A DNA stretch of 64,000 nt from Lingula anatina (taxonomy: Eukaryota; Animalia; Brachiopoda): the NCBI GenBank assembly GCA_051362555.1, contig CM120649.1:17064567-17128566 (forward strand). Reading direction: 5' to 3'. Positions 47,757 to 62,700 of this stretch are shown here, one piece after another. The notes under the pieces are model-generated. The model saw only the letters and a list, made by a program, of their open reading frames with translations, had not been told where the DNA came from and searched no databases. Made by a program: the position numbers and the translations under genes. The first letter of the stretch is position 1. Every line of letters begins with the position of its first letter.

Positions 47757-50700
47757 CGTATTGAAAATGTATCAATTATTAAAACATGTACGCTAATTCT
47801 CTTAGCAGACTACCGTCCAGGTGTGACAGTGATGATAGCTGGCTAGGAAACGTAGTCCGTTTTCCGTTACTTTGTACCGGTGAATTTCATTCGCTATACT
47901 AAACCCTATACTACAACAAAGCCTACCTTTTACTTATCGTAAGGGGATTCACGGATTTCTATTCCTTAGCCTATAGCTCCTGGCACACGAGTAACCTTTG
48001 AGAAGACTAATGCCACTTACCAGATTATGCTCCCTTTCCTTTGAACAGTGTCGTGCCGTGACAATGTTCTGGTATATTTTCAACTAACGTTAAAATATGA
48101 AATATGTTCACATCACGTTTGCCGCCCATATCAGACCCGTAGCTTGACAGCCTGTGGAGCATATTTGGGGCAGGTCATCGATTTCAAATAAGTCTAATTG
48201 ATTATAAAGTCCATGGTGATTGGCAGTGCATAAAGCCAGTGTTCACGGAATATGAATACATTTCCTGGAAATACATTTCATTCCCATATCAAACCCGCAG
48301 GTAAGCCGCCTTTGGGACATATTTGGGGCAGGTCATTAATTCAGAATGTAACTAAATACATAGGTTAAGGCAGAACTGAGGATCGGCAAAACAAACAGTT
48401 TGCTTATTATAAATAATCATTATGTTTGGATTATGAATTCATTTCGTGTCATATCACAAACACATATACGTTAGTACGTCTTTGATGTGTGAGATAAATT
48501 ACTGTCACGAGCGTTATATGCCAGGAAAAGGTGTCCGAAGCATATATTGTGAGAGGCTGGCAGTTAATTATTTGATGTACATACCGAGAGAGGGTTATCG
48601 AGTACAGTGTGGTTTGACATGATTTCACCTTTCACCACTGCTCTCCTTTTATATTATTAATGCGGGTCTCACCGATACGGGCAAAAATGAAACCTGTCCT
48701 GTACTGTAACTTATGCTAGTTATGCATGCGCATAATGTAGTGTATGGAGTTAGGGGAATAAAGGGTGGAAGCGAACAGTTTGGTATTGCGTTTTCCTTAG
48801 ACTTCGAGCCTGTATTTAATGAAACACGTCCTCTCGAGGCTACATGTCCCAAATAATTCTTACGTATGTAGGCCAAGATCTAAAGCAAAATTGGCATTTG
48901 TACTGGACGACAAATTAAAAAAATTAATGGCCCAAATTAGAGTCTGCATTACGAACATCTCTGGCAGAAGATAAAGGAAAGACGTCACATGCAGGGCTTC
49001 CCACGGTCTTAGCCAGTCAGAGTGCCGTGGTAGAACCAGACCTCTTACAAGAAGAAAAAAATGTGGCAAAGGAGTTTAAGTAAGTCGCTTACAAATGTGC
49101 GCCAATTATACCACTCCCTCTGCATTATTCGTAAACATATCTGTGTGCTTTAGTATCGAAATAATTCATTTATTTTTCTAGTCGATTAAAATAGTCCTGA
49201 AATGGACGAATGGTTTGGAATTATTTACGACATTGCTGGAGATGTCGAAATCATACCTTTTTAAAGTATTTCTAAGGATACAGAAAAACTAGAACTATTA
49301 GAAATCGGAAACAGTACAGTCACGGTAAAAGATGAGGTTAAAAACCTTGGAGTAATTTTTGATAATAGGTGCGATATGGTTGCCGACATCAGTAAAAAAT
49401 GCAATGCCGCTTTCTATAGTCCTAAATAAATTCCAAACTATCCCAAATCCTTGATAAAAGTCAAATGGAGAGGATTGTCCATGCCTTTATAACTGCACAT
49501 CTTGACTACGCAAACAGTCTACTGTATGGTCTTCCTACCTACCAAATTGAAAAACTGCAATCTGCCCAAAATGTTGCAGCACGACTATTGACCAAAACCC
49601 TCTCAGATCAAACATTTCACCCATTTTATCCGAACTACACTGGCTTCCTGTACGACAGAGAATTGTTTTTAAATTACTGAGATACACCTCCACTCTTTGT
49701 TTTACCAGAAATGGTAATAAAAAACAACCAAAACCTACGGTCACAGGGCATTTTCAATTGAAGCACCCATTTTATGGAATCAACTACCCTCACACATTTG
49801 GACTATTGATAGTGTTGAGATTTTTAAAAAAAGACGTAAAACATTCTTATTTGCACAGTATTTTAATAAATATTTTCTCATTTTATCAGAAAAAAGTTTT
49901 ATTGTTCAGACCAATACTATTTTGACCAGCATTAATTATTTATTTTGTTTACCTGAGCTTTTATTATCTATAGCATTAATTAGTTGTAATTCTGATAATT
50001 CTTTCTGTAAACAGCACTGAGACGGTAATGTAGTGCGGTTTTAAGAAATAAATATTACTATTATTATTTTTTAAGAACCTTATCCATTTCATGTTGTTAA
50101 TGGTGTTCCTGAATTAATATCTTTTTTGCTATACCAGTCAACTGCTAGTGTTGATGTACAGTAAGCTGTGGAATTCATTTTTATGCTGTCAGAATTTCTG
50201 AGAAAATCGAGTGGCTTTAGAAAAGGGCACCATTTTGGAACTTCAATAGGTAACATACACTTAAATCGGTCAAAGCACCACCTTTCCTTTTTCTATTATA
50301 TCAAGTGCATATATTTTATTACATAAAATTAAACACTTCTGGAGCAAAAGTCTCCTTTCTGTTGTTTTATTCACCTCATCCACGCTCTTCCCTTTCTGTA
50401 TTTTTATTCACCACTCTCACGCGCTTCTTTTTCTGTAGTTTTATTCACTATTCTCACGGGCTTCGCTTTCTGTTGCTTCATTCACCACTCTTCAAAACGA
50501 TTGTGAAATCGGTATGAATATCAGTAAGACACGGGAATGAAGCCGCACGCTCGGTTTTTCTTCAATTAATCTTTTTTGTTGAATGATGGACGATGGCGAT
50601 CGGTTGGCACATTAACCCCGAAACTAAGTCAGAATTGATCAGGAAAACTGGCATGGTGTGAAATACAGCCTCATGCCTATGGATTGCACTGAACTTTTGT

Positions 50701-53700
50701 TAATGGCACATACTTTTGTTAATTCTCTCGAACGGGATTGTAGTACTTATTGTTGTGATTAAAACCGTGTTGATAGCTGTTCAGCTGTAAACACAACTTT
50801 GCATGGTGCAAAATAAATATAAATATATTTGTAAAGAATTACGTCAGACGCGCTTGTAATCGCTGTTCTGATTAGATATTGGCGTATTTGTGCCTTGTGT
50901 TAACAGATGAAAACTTTTCAAGATGGAGGAAGTAGAATGTCCATTTTAAAATGGTTGCTAAATACTTCGAATAATTGATAAATTCATTTAAATAGCTGGA
51001 TGTAATAATAACACTGCAGAGGTGATTTGGAAGGAATGAAAACACGTTTTAGATAGAAACAAAAATTAAAAAGGAACTCCCACAATGGTGAAAATCAACA
51101 AAAAATTATTTGGAAAAAGGCATTCCAAATTCAATGTGAATTCGGTATGAATATCAGTGAGACGCGGTGTTGAAACCGAACAAGACCTTATGTACGTGAG
51201 TGGCTGATGTCATCTACGCCAAGGAAAAGATGCCAAAAGCAACCGTAAACAAACGCTTGTACGTTGCACAGGCGTGTAGCACTGCCACGTCCAGTTACTC
51301 ACTGTCCCGAACTTCCAACGTATTGAAAATGTTCTGATGGAAATTCATCTGTGTAGTTGTAAAATATGATTCAAGTATTTAAATTATCAGTACCTACACT
51401 AAAACGGATGTGATCAAAAGCTCTGCCAGGTATAACTCTATTTCTAGTGTAGAAATCGGTAATTTTAATACTTGAATCATATTGAAAATGTATCTATTAT
51501 TAAAACATGTACGCTAATTTTCTTAGCAGACTACCGTCCAGGTGTGACAGTGATGATAGCCGGCTAGGAAACGTAGTCCGTTTTCCGTTGCCTTGTACCG
51601 GTGAATTTTCTTCGCTATACTAAACCCAATACTACGTCAAATCATAACTTGCACTAATCGTAAAAGGATCAACGGATTTCTCTTTCTTGGCCTATAGCTC
51701 CTGGCACACCAGTAACCTTTGAGAAGACTAATGCCACCTACCAGATTATTCTCCCTTTCCTTTGAACAGTGTCGTGCCGTGAAAATGTTCTGGTATATTT
51801 TCAACTAACGTTAAAATATGATATATGTTCACATCACGTTTGCCGCCTATATCAGACCCGTAGCTTGACAGCCTAGGGAGCATATTTGGGGCAGGTCATA
51901 AATTCCAAATAGGTCTAATTGATTATAAAGTCCATGGTGATTGGCAGTGGATATAGCCAGTGTTCACGGAATATGAATACACTTCCTGGAAATACATTTC
52001 ATTCCCATATCAAACTCGTAGGTAAGCCGCCTTTTGGACATATTTGGGGCAGGTCATTAATTCAGAATGTAACTAAAACTATAGGTTCAGGCAGAACTGA
52101 TGAATGGCAAAACAAACAGTTTGCTTATTATAAATAATCATTATGTTTGGATTATGAATTCATTTTGTGTCATATCACAAACACATGTATGTTAGTTCGT
52201 CTTTGACGTGTGAGATAAATTACAGTCACGAGCGTTATATGCCAGAACGAGGTGTTCGAAGCATATATTGTGAGAGGCTGGCAGTTAATTATTTGATGCC
52301 CTACATACCGAGAGAAGGTACTTGCATTTTACCAAAAATGCTCTTTTTGCAGTGATGTGTCCTTCATCTGATATATATGGTGGAGGGGTTATCGAGTACA
52401 GTGTGGTTTGGCGTGATTTCACCTTTCACCACTGCTCTGCTTTTACATTATTAATGCGGGTTTCACCAATACGGGCAAAAATGAAACCTGTCCTGTACTG
52501 TAACCTATGCTAGTCAAGCATGCGCATAATGTAGTGTATGGAGTTAGGGGAATAAAGGGTGGAAGCGAACAGTTTGGTGTTGCATTTTCCTTAGACTTCG
52601 AGCCTGTATTTAATGAAACACGTCCTCTCGAGGCTACATGTCCCAAATAATTCTTACGTATGTAGGCCAAGATCTAAAAAATTAATTGCCCAAGTTAGCA
52701 ATATGAACATCTCTGGCAGAAGATAAAGGAAAGACGTCACATGCAGGGCTTCCCACGGTCTTAGCCAATCAGAGTGCCGAGGTAGAACCAGACCTCTTAC
52801 AAGAAGAAAAAAATGTGGCGAAGGAGTTTAAGTAAGTCGCTTACAAATGTGCCCCAATTATTCCTCTCCCTCTTCATTATTCGTAACGTTTCTATGGTCT
52901 TTAAAAAATTTCCAAACTATTCAATATCCTTGATAAAAGTCAAATGGAGAGGATTGTCCATGCCTTTATAACTGCACATCTTGACTACTGAAACAGTCTA
53001 CTCTATGGTCTTCCTACCTACCAAATTGAAAAACTGCAATCTGTCCAAAATGCTGCAGCACGACTACTGACCAAAACCCTCTTAGATCAAACATTTCACC
53101 TATTTTATTGGAACTACACTGGCTTTCTGTACGACAGAGAATTGTTTTCAAATTACTGAGAAGAATGTCCCTCATATTTTAACTCGATGCTACATGCAAG
53201 TACACCCAGTCTCACCAGGTCTACCAGATCCACCTCCACTCTATGTTTTACCAGAAATGGTAATAAAAAACAACCAAAACCTACGGCCACAGGGCATTTT
53301 CAATTGCAGCACCCATTTTATGGAATCAACTACTCTCACACATTTGGACTATTGATAGTGTTGAGGTTTTAAAAAAGACTTTAAAACATTCTTATTTGCA
53401 CAGTACTTTAATTAATATTTTCTCATTTTATCAGAAAAAAGTTTTTTTGTTCAGACCATTACTATTTTAACCAGCATTAATTATTTAAATTTTTTACCTT
53501 AGCTTTTATTATCTATATAATTATTTATACTTCTAATAATTCTATCTGTAAACAGCATTGAGATGGTAGTGTAGTGCGGTTTTAAGAAATAAATATTACT
53601 ATTATTATTTTTTAAAATCCTTATTCATTTCATGTTGTTAATGGTGTTCCTGAATTAATATCTTTTTTGCTATACCAGTCAACTGCTAGCGTTGATGTAC

Positions 53701-56406
53701 AGGTAGCTGTTGGAATTCATTTTTATGCTGTTAGAATTTCTGAGAAAATCGAGTGGCTTTAGAAAAGGGCACCATTTTGGAACTTCAATAGGTAACATAC
53801 ACTTAAATTTGTCAAAGCACCACCTTTCCTTTTTCTATTATATAAAGTGCATATATTTTATTACATAAAATTAAACACGTCTAGAGCAAAACTCCCCTTT
53901 CTGTTGTTTTATTCACCTCATCCACGCTCTTCCCTTTCTGTATTTTTATTCACCACTCTCACGCGCTTCTTTTTCTGTAGTTTTATTCACTACTCTCACG
54001 GGCTTCGCTTTCTGTTGCTTCATTCACCACTCTTCAAAACGATTGTGAAATCGGTATGAATATCACTAAGACGCGGGAATGAAGCCGCACGCTTGGTTTT
54101 TCTTCAATTAATCTTCTTTGTTTAATGATGGACGATGGCGATCGGTTGGCACGTTGACCCCGGCGAAACTAAGTCAGAATTGATCAGGAAAACTGGCATG
54201 GTGTGAAATACAGCCTCATGAATATGGATTGCACTGAACTTTTGTTAATGGCACATACTTTTGTTAATTCTCTCGAACGGGATTGTAGTACTTATTGTTG
54301 TGATTAAAACTGTGTTGATAGCTGTTCAGCTGTAAACACAACTTTGCATGGTGCAAAATAAATATAAATATATTTATAAAGAATTACGTCAGACGCGCTT
54401 CTAATCGCTGTTCTGATTAGATATTGGCGTATTTGTGCCTTGTGTTAATAGATGAAAACTTTTCAAGATGGAGGAAGTAGAATGGCCATTTTAAAATGGT
54501 TGCTAAATACTTCGAATAATTGATGAATTCATTTAAATAGCTGGATGTAATAATAACACCGCAGAGGTGATTTGGAAGGAATGAAAACTCGTTTTAGATA
54601 GAAACAAAAATTAAAAAGGAACTCACACAATGGTGAAAATCAACAAAAAATTATTTGGAAAAAGGCATTCCAAATTCATTGTGAATTCGGTATGAATATC
54701 AGTAAGACGCAGTGTTGAAACCGAACAAGACCTTATGTACATGAGTGGCTGATGTCATCTACGCAAAGGAAAAGATGCCAAAAGCAACCGTTAACAAACG
54801 CTTGTACGTTGCACAGGCGTCTAGCACTGCCACGTCCAGTTACACACTGTCCCGAACTTCCAACGTATTGAAAATGTTCTGATGGAAATTCATCTGTGTA
54901 GTCGTAAAATATGATTCAAGTATTAAACTTATCATTTTCTACACTAAAACGGATTTGATCAAATGCTCTGCCAGGTATAACTCCATTTTAGTGTAGAAAT
55001 TGGTAATTTTAATACTTGAATCGTATTGAAAATGTATCTATTATTAAAACATGTACGCTAATTTTCTTAGCAGACTACCGTCAAGGTGTGACAGTGATGA
55101 TAGCCGGCTAGGAAACGTAGTCCGTTTTCCGTTGCCTTGTACCGGTGAATTTCATTCGCTATACTAAACCCAATACTACGTCAAATCTTAACTTGCACTA
55201 ATCATAAAAGGATCAACGGATTTCTCTTTCTTGGCCTATAGCTCCTGGCACACCAGTAACCTTTGAGAAGACTAATGCCACTTACCAGATTATGCTCCCT
55301 TTCCTTTGAACAGTGTCGTACCGTGACAATGTTCTGGTATATTTTCAACTAACGTTAAAATATGATATATGTTCACATCACGTTTGCCGCCCATATCAGA
55401 CCCGTAGCTTGACAGCCTGTGGAGCATATTTGGGGCAGGTGATCGATTTCAAATAGGTCTAATTGATTATTAAGTCCATGGTGATTGGCAGTGCATATAG
55501 CCAGTGTTCAAGGAATATGAATACATTTCCTGGAAATACATTTCATTCCCATATCAAACTCGTAGGTAAGCCGCCTTTGGGACATATTTGGGGCAGGTCA
55601 TTAATTCAGAATGTAGCTCAAACTATAGGTTCAGGTAGAACTGATGTTTGGCAAAACAAACAGTTAGCTTATTATAAATAATCATTATGTTTGGATTATG
55701 AATTCATTTTGTGTCATATCACAAACACATATATGTTAGTTCGTCTTTGACGTGTGAGATAAATTACTGTCACGAGCGTTATATGCCAGAACGAGGTGTT
55801 CGAAGCATATATTGTGAGAGGCTGGCAGTTAATTATTTGATGTACATACCGAGAGAAGGTACTTGCATTTTACCAAAAATGCTCTTTTGGCAGTGATGTG
55901 TCCTTCATCTGATATATATGGTGGAGGGGTTATCGAGTACAGTGTGGTCTGGCGTGATTTCACCTTTCACCACTGCTCTGCTTTTATATTATTAATGCGG
56001 GTCTCACCGATACGGGCAAAAATGAAACCTGTCCTGTACTGTAACCTATGCTAGTCAAGCATGCGCATAATGTAGTGTATGGAATATGGGGAATAAAGGG
56101 TGGAAGCGAACAGTTCGGTGTTGTGTTTTCCTTAGACTTCCAGCCTGTATTAAAAGAAACACATCCTCTCGAGGCTACATGTCCCAAATATGAAGGCCAA
56201 GATCTAAAGCAAAATTGGCATTTGTACTGGACGACAATTTAAAAAAAATAAATGGCCCAAATTCGAGTCTGCATTACGAACATCTCTGGCAGAAGATAAA
56301 GGAAAGACGTCACATGCAGGGCTTCCCACGGTCTTAGCCAATCAGAGTGCCGTGGTAGAACCAGACCTCTTAAAATGAGAAAAAAAAATGTGGCGAAGGA
56401 GTTTAA

Positions 56407-56742
56407 AGGGATAATAACTCTTCGTTTTGGCCAAAAAATGAATTTTCCTGGAGTAAACAACAATTTTCCCATACTTACCAATGGTTAATGAATCCATTTT
56501 TACATTCAAAGTTAGTCTTTGGTTTTTTTCTAAAAAGTTTGCTTTTTGTTAAAATCTCTTAAGAGATTATAACAGAGTATAGCCATTAATGGAGGTCACG
56601 TGATCTAAAGACAAGCTCAGATATCAAAATAATAGCTATAACTGCTGTTTTTATGGTAAAACAGATTACATTATATTTCTATGAGTTGTTCACAATGTTT
56701 TTATTATGAAATATAGATCTCATACGAAGAGTTATTATCCCT
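56407..56742. mobile_element. 336-bp TTAA-specific MITE (Kolobok-like) in array unit 3 only
   Basis: TTAA|AGGGATAATAACTCTTCGT ... ACGAAGAGTTATTATCCCT|TTAA. The other units show the empty site gagtTTAAgtaa. Confidence 0.88.
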
Positions 56743-59700
56743 TTAAGTAAGCCGCTAACAAATGTGCGCCAATTATTCCACTCCCTCTTCATTACTCGTG
56801 AACATTTCTATAGTCTTAAAAAAATTCCAAACTATCCCATATCCTTGATAAAAGTCAAATGGAGAGGATTGTCCATGGCTTTATAACTGCACATCTTGAC
56901 TACTGAAACAGTCTACTCTCTGGTCTTCCTACCTACCAAATTGAAAAACTGCAATCTGTCCAAAATGCTGCAGCACGACTACTGACCAAAACCCTCTCAG
57001 ATCAAACATTTCACCTATTTTATTCAAACTACACTGGCTTTCTGTACGACAGAGAATTGTTTTCAAATTACTGAGGAGAATGCCCCTCATATTTTAACTC
57101 GATGCTACATCCAAGTACACCCAGTCTTACCAGGTCTACCAGATCCACCTCTACTCTATGTTTTACAAGAAATGATAATAAAAAACAACCAAAACCTACG
57201 GCCCCAGGGCATTTTCAATTGCAGCACCCATTTTATGGAATCAACTACTCTCACACCTTCGAGTATTGATAGTGTTGAGGTTTTAAAAAGACTTTAAAAC
57301 ATTTTTATTGCACAGTACTTTAATTAATATTTTCTCATTTTATCAGAAAATAGTTTTATTGTTCAGACCATTACTATTTTAACCAGCATTAATTATTTAA
57401 ATTTTTTACCTTAGCTTTTATTATCTATATAATTAGTTGTACTTCTATTAATTCTATCTGTAAACAGCACTGAGACGGTAGTGTAGTGCGGTTTTAAGAA
57501 ATAAATATTACTATTATTATTTTTTAAGAACCTTATCCATTTCATGTTGTTAATGGTGTTCCTGAATTAATATCTTTTTTTGCTATACCAGTCAACTGCT
57601 AGTGTTGATGTACAGGTAGCTGTTGGAATTCATTTTTATGCTGTTAGAATTTCTGAGAAAATCGTGTGGCTTTAGAAAAGGCACCATTTTGGAACTTCAA
57701 TAGGTAACATACACTTAAATTTGTCAAAGCACCACCTTTCCTTTTTCTATTATATAAAGTGCATATATTTTATTACATAAAATTAAACACGTCTGGAGCA
57801 AAACTCTCCTTTCTGTTGTTCTATTCACCTCATCCACGCTCTTCCCTTTCTGTATTTTTATTCACCACTCTCACGCGTTTCTTTTTCTGTAGTTTTATTC
57901 ACTACTCTCACGGGCTTCGCTTTCTGTTGCATCATACACCACTCTTCAAAACGATTGTGAAATCGATATGAATATCAGTAAGACGCGGGAATGAAGCCGC
58001 ACGCTCGGTTTTTCTTCAATTAATCTTCTTTTTTGAATGATGGACGATGGCGATCGGTTGGCACATTGACCCCGAAACTAAGTCAGAATTGATCAGGAAA
58101 ACTGGCATGGTGTGAAATACAGCCTCATGCCTATGGATTGCACTGAACTTTTGTTAATGGCACATACTTTTGTTAATTCTCTCGAACGGGATTGTAGTAC
58201 TTATTGTTGTGATTAAAACCGTGTTGATAGCTGTTCAGCTGTAAACACAACTTTGCATGGTGCAAAATAAATATAAATATATTTATAAAGAATTACGTCA
58301 GACGCGCTTCTAATCGCTGTTCTGATTAGTTATTGGCGTATTTGTGCCTTGTGTTAACAGATGAAAACTTTTCAAGATGGAGGAAGTAGAATGGCCATTT
58401 TAAAATGGTTGCTAAATACTTCGAATAACTGATGAATTCATTTAAATAGCTGGATGTAATAATAACACCGCAGAGGTGATTTGGAAGGAATGAAAACACG
58501 TTTTAGATAGAAACAAAAATTAAAAAGGAACTCATACAATGGTGAAAATCAACAAAAAATTATTTGGAAAAAGGCATTCCAAATTCAATGTGAATTCGGT
58601 ATGAATATCAGTGAGACGCGGTGTTGAAACCGAACAAGACCTTATGTACGTGAGTGGCTGATGTCATCTACGCCAAGGGAAAGATGCCAAAAGCAACCGT
58701 TAACAAACGCTTGTACATTGCACAGGCGTGTAGCACTGCCACGTCCAGTTACACACTGTCCAGAACATCCAACGTATTGAAAATGTTCTGATGGAAATTC
58801 ATCTGTGTAGTCGTAAAATATGATTCAAGTATTAAACTTATCAGTTTCTACACTAAAACGGATGTGATCAAAAGCTCTGCCAGGTATAAATCTATTTCTA
58901 GTGTAGAAATTGATAAGTTTAATACTTGAATCGTATTGAAAATGTATCTATTATTAAAACATGTACGCTAATTTTCTTAGCAGACTACCGTCCAGGTGTG
59001 ACAGTGATGATAGCCGGCTAGGAAACGTAGTCCGTTTTCCGTTGCTTTGTACCGGTGAATTTCATTCGCTATACTAAACCCAATACTACGACAAATCCTA
59101 ACTTGTACTAATCGTAAAGGGATCCACGGATTTCTATTCCTTGGCCTATAGCTCCTGGCACACGAGTAACCTTTGAGAAGACAAATGCCACTTACCAGAT
59201 TATGCTCCCTTTCCTTTGAACAGTGTCGTGCCGTGACAATGTTCTGATATATTTTCAACTAACGTTAAAATATGATATATGTTCACATCACGTTTGCCGC
59301 CCATATCAGACCCGTAGCTTGACAGCCTGTGGAGCATATTTGGGGCAGGTCATCAATTCCAAATAGGTCTAATTGATTATAAAGTCCATGGTGATTGGCA
59401 GTGGATATAGCCAGTGTTCACGGAATATGAATACATTTCCTGGAATTACATTTCATTCCCATATCAAACCCGTAGGTAAGCCGCCTTTGAGACATATTTG
59501 GGACAGGTCATTAATTCAGAATGTAACTAAAACTACAGGTTCAAGCAGAACTGATGATTGGCAAAACAAACAGTTTCCTTATTATAAATAATCATTATGT
59601 TTGGATTATGAATTCATTTTGTGTCATATCACAAACACATATATGTTAGTACGTCTTTGACGTGTGAGATAAATTACTGTCACGAGCGTTATATGCCAGA

Positions 59701-62700
59701 ACGAGGTGTTCGAAGCATATATTGTGAGAGGCTGGCAGTTAATTATTTGATGTACATACCGAGAGAAGGTACTTGCATTTTACCAAAAATGCTCTTTTGG
59801 TAGTGATTTGTCCTTCATCTGATATATATGGTGGAGGGGTTATCGAGTACAGTGTGGTTTGGCGTGATTTCACCTTTCACCACTTCTCTGCTTTTATATT
59901 ATTAATGCGGGTCTCATCGATACGGGCAAAAATGAAACCTGTCCTGTACTGTAACCTATGCTAGTCAAGCATGCGCATAATGTAGTGTATGGAGTTAGGG
60001 GAATAAAGGGTGGAAGCGAACAGTTCGGTGTTGTGTTTTCCTTAGACTTCGAGCCTGTATTTAAAGAAACATGTCCTCTCGAGGTTACATGTCCCATATA
60101 ATTCTTACGTATGTAGGCCAAGATCTAAAGCAAAATTGCCATTTGTACTGGACGACAATTTAAAAAAATTAATGGCCCAAATTCGAGTCTGCATTACGAA
60201 CATCTCTGGCAGAAGATAAAGGAAAGACGTCACATGCAGGGCTTCCCACGGTCTTAGCAAATCAGAGAGCCGTGGTAGAACCAGACCTGTTACAAGAAGA
60301 AAAAAATGTGGCGAAGGAGTTTAAGTAAATCGCTTACAAATGTGCGCCAATTATTCCACTCCCTCTTCATTATTCGTGAACATTTTTATGGTCTTAAAAA
60401 AATTTCCAAACTATCCCATATCCTTGATAAAAGTCAAATGGAGAGGATTGTCCATGCCTTTATAACTGCACATCTTGACTACTGAAACAGTCTACTCTTT
60501 GGTCTTCCTACCTACCAAATTGAAAAACTGCAATCTGTCCAAAATGCTGCAGCATGACTACTGACCAAAACCCTCTCAGATCAAACATTTCACCTATTTT
60601 ATTTGAACTACGCTGGCTTTCTGTACGACAGAGAACTGTTTTCAAATTACTGAGGAGAATGCCCCTCATATTTTAACTCGATGCTACATCCAAGTACACC
60701 CAGTCTCACCAGGTCTACCAGATCCACCTCCACTCTATGTTTTACCAGAAATGATAATAAAAAACAACCAAAACCTACGGCCCCAGGGCATTTTCAATTG
60801 CAGCACCCATTTTGTGGAATCAACTACTCTCACACATTCGGACTATTGATAGTGTTGAGGTTTTAAAAAACACTTTAAAACATTCTTATTTGCACAGAAC
60901 TTTAATTAATATTTTCTCATTTTATCAGAAAAAAGTTTTATTGTTCAGACCATTACTATTTTAACCAGCATTAATTATTTTAATTTTTTACCTTAGCTTT
61001 TATTATCTATATAATTAGTTATACTTCTGATCATTCTATCTGTAAACAGCATTGAGACGGTAGTGTAGTGCGGTTTTAAGAAATAAATATTACTATTATT
61101 ATTTTTTAAAAACCTTATTCATTTCATGTTGTTAATGGTGTTCCTGAATTAATATCTTTTTTGCTATACCATTCAACTGCTAGCGTTGATGTACAGGTAG
61201 CTGTTGGAATTCATTTTTATGCTGTTAGAATTTCTGAGAAAATCGAGTGGCTTTAGAAAAGGGCACCATTTTGGAACTTCAATAGGTAACATACACTTAA
61301 ATTTGTCAAAGCACCACCTTTCCTTTTTCTATTATATAAAGTGCATATATTTTATTACATAAAATTAAACACTTCTAGAGCAAAACTCTCCTTTCTGTTG
61401 TTTTATTCACCTCATCCACGCTCTTCCCTTTCTGTATTTTTATTCACCACTCTCACGCGCTTCTTTTTCTGTAGTTTTATTCACAACTCTCACGGGCTTC
61501 ACTTTCTGTTGCTTCATTCACCACTCTTCAAAACGATTGTGAAATCAGTATGAATATCAGTAAGACGCGGGAATAAAGCCGCACGCTTGGTTTTTCTTCA
61601 ATTAATCTTCTTTGTTGAATGATGGACGATGGCGATCGGTTGGCACGTTGACCCCGAAACTAAGTCAGAATTGATCAGAAAAACTGGCATGGTGTGAAAT
61701 ACAGCCTCATGCCTATGGATTGCACTGAACTTTTGTTAATGGCACATACTTTTGTTAATTCTCTCGAACGGGATTGTAGTACTTATTGTTGTGATTAAAA
61801 CCGTGTTGATAGCTGTTCAGCTGTAAACACAACTTTGCATGGTGCAAAATAAATATAAATATATTTATAAAGAATTATGTCAGACGCGCTTCTATCGCTG
61901 TTCTGATTAGATATTGGCGTATTTGTGCCTTGTGTTAACAGATGAAAACTTTTCAAGATGGAGGAAGTAGAATGGCCATTTTAAAATGGTTGCTAAATAC
62001 TTCGAATAATTGATAAATTCATTTAAATAGCTGGACGTAATAATAACACCGCAGAGGTAATTTGGAAGGAATGAAAACTCGTTTTAGATAGAAACAAAAA
62101 TTAAAAAGGAACTCACACAATGGTGAAAATCAACAAAAAATTATTTGGAAAAAGGCATTCCAAATTCAATGTGAATTCGGTATGAATATCAGTGAGACGC
62201 GGTGTTGAAACCGAACGAGACCTTATGTACGTGAGTGGCTGATGTCATCTACGCCAAGGAAAAGATGCCAAAAGCAACCGTTAACAAACGCTTGTACGTT
62301 GCACAGGCGTCTAGCACTGCCACGTCCAGTTACACACTGTCCCGAACTTCCAACGTATTGAAAATGTTCTGATGGAAATTCATCTGTGTAGTCGTAAAAT
62401 ATGATTCAAGTATTAAACTTATCATTTTCTACACTAAAACGGATGTGATCAAATGCTCTGCCAGGTATAACTCTATTTCTGGTGTAGAAATTGGTAATTT
62501 TAATACTTGAATCGTATTGAAAATGTATCAATTATTAAAACATGTACGCTTATTTTCTTAGCAGACTACCGTCCACGTGTGACAGTGATGATAGCCGGCT
62601 AGGAAACGTAGTCCGTTTTCCGTTGCCTTGTACCGGTGAATTTCATTCGCTATACTAAACCCAATACTACGACAAATCTTAACTTGCACTAATCATTAAA

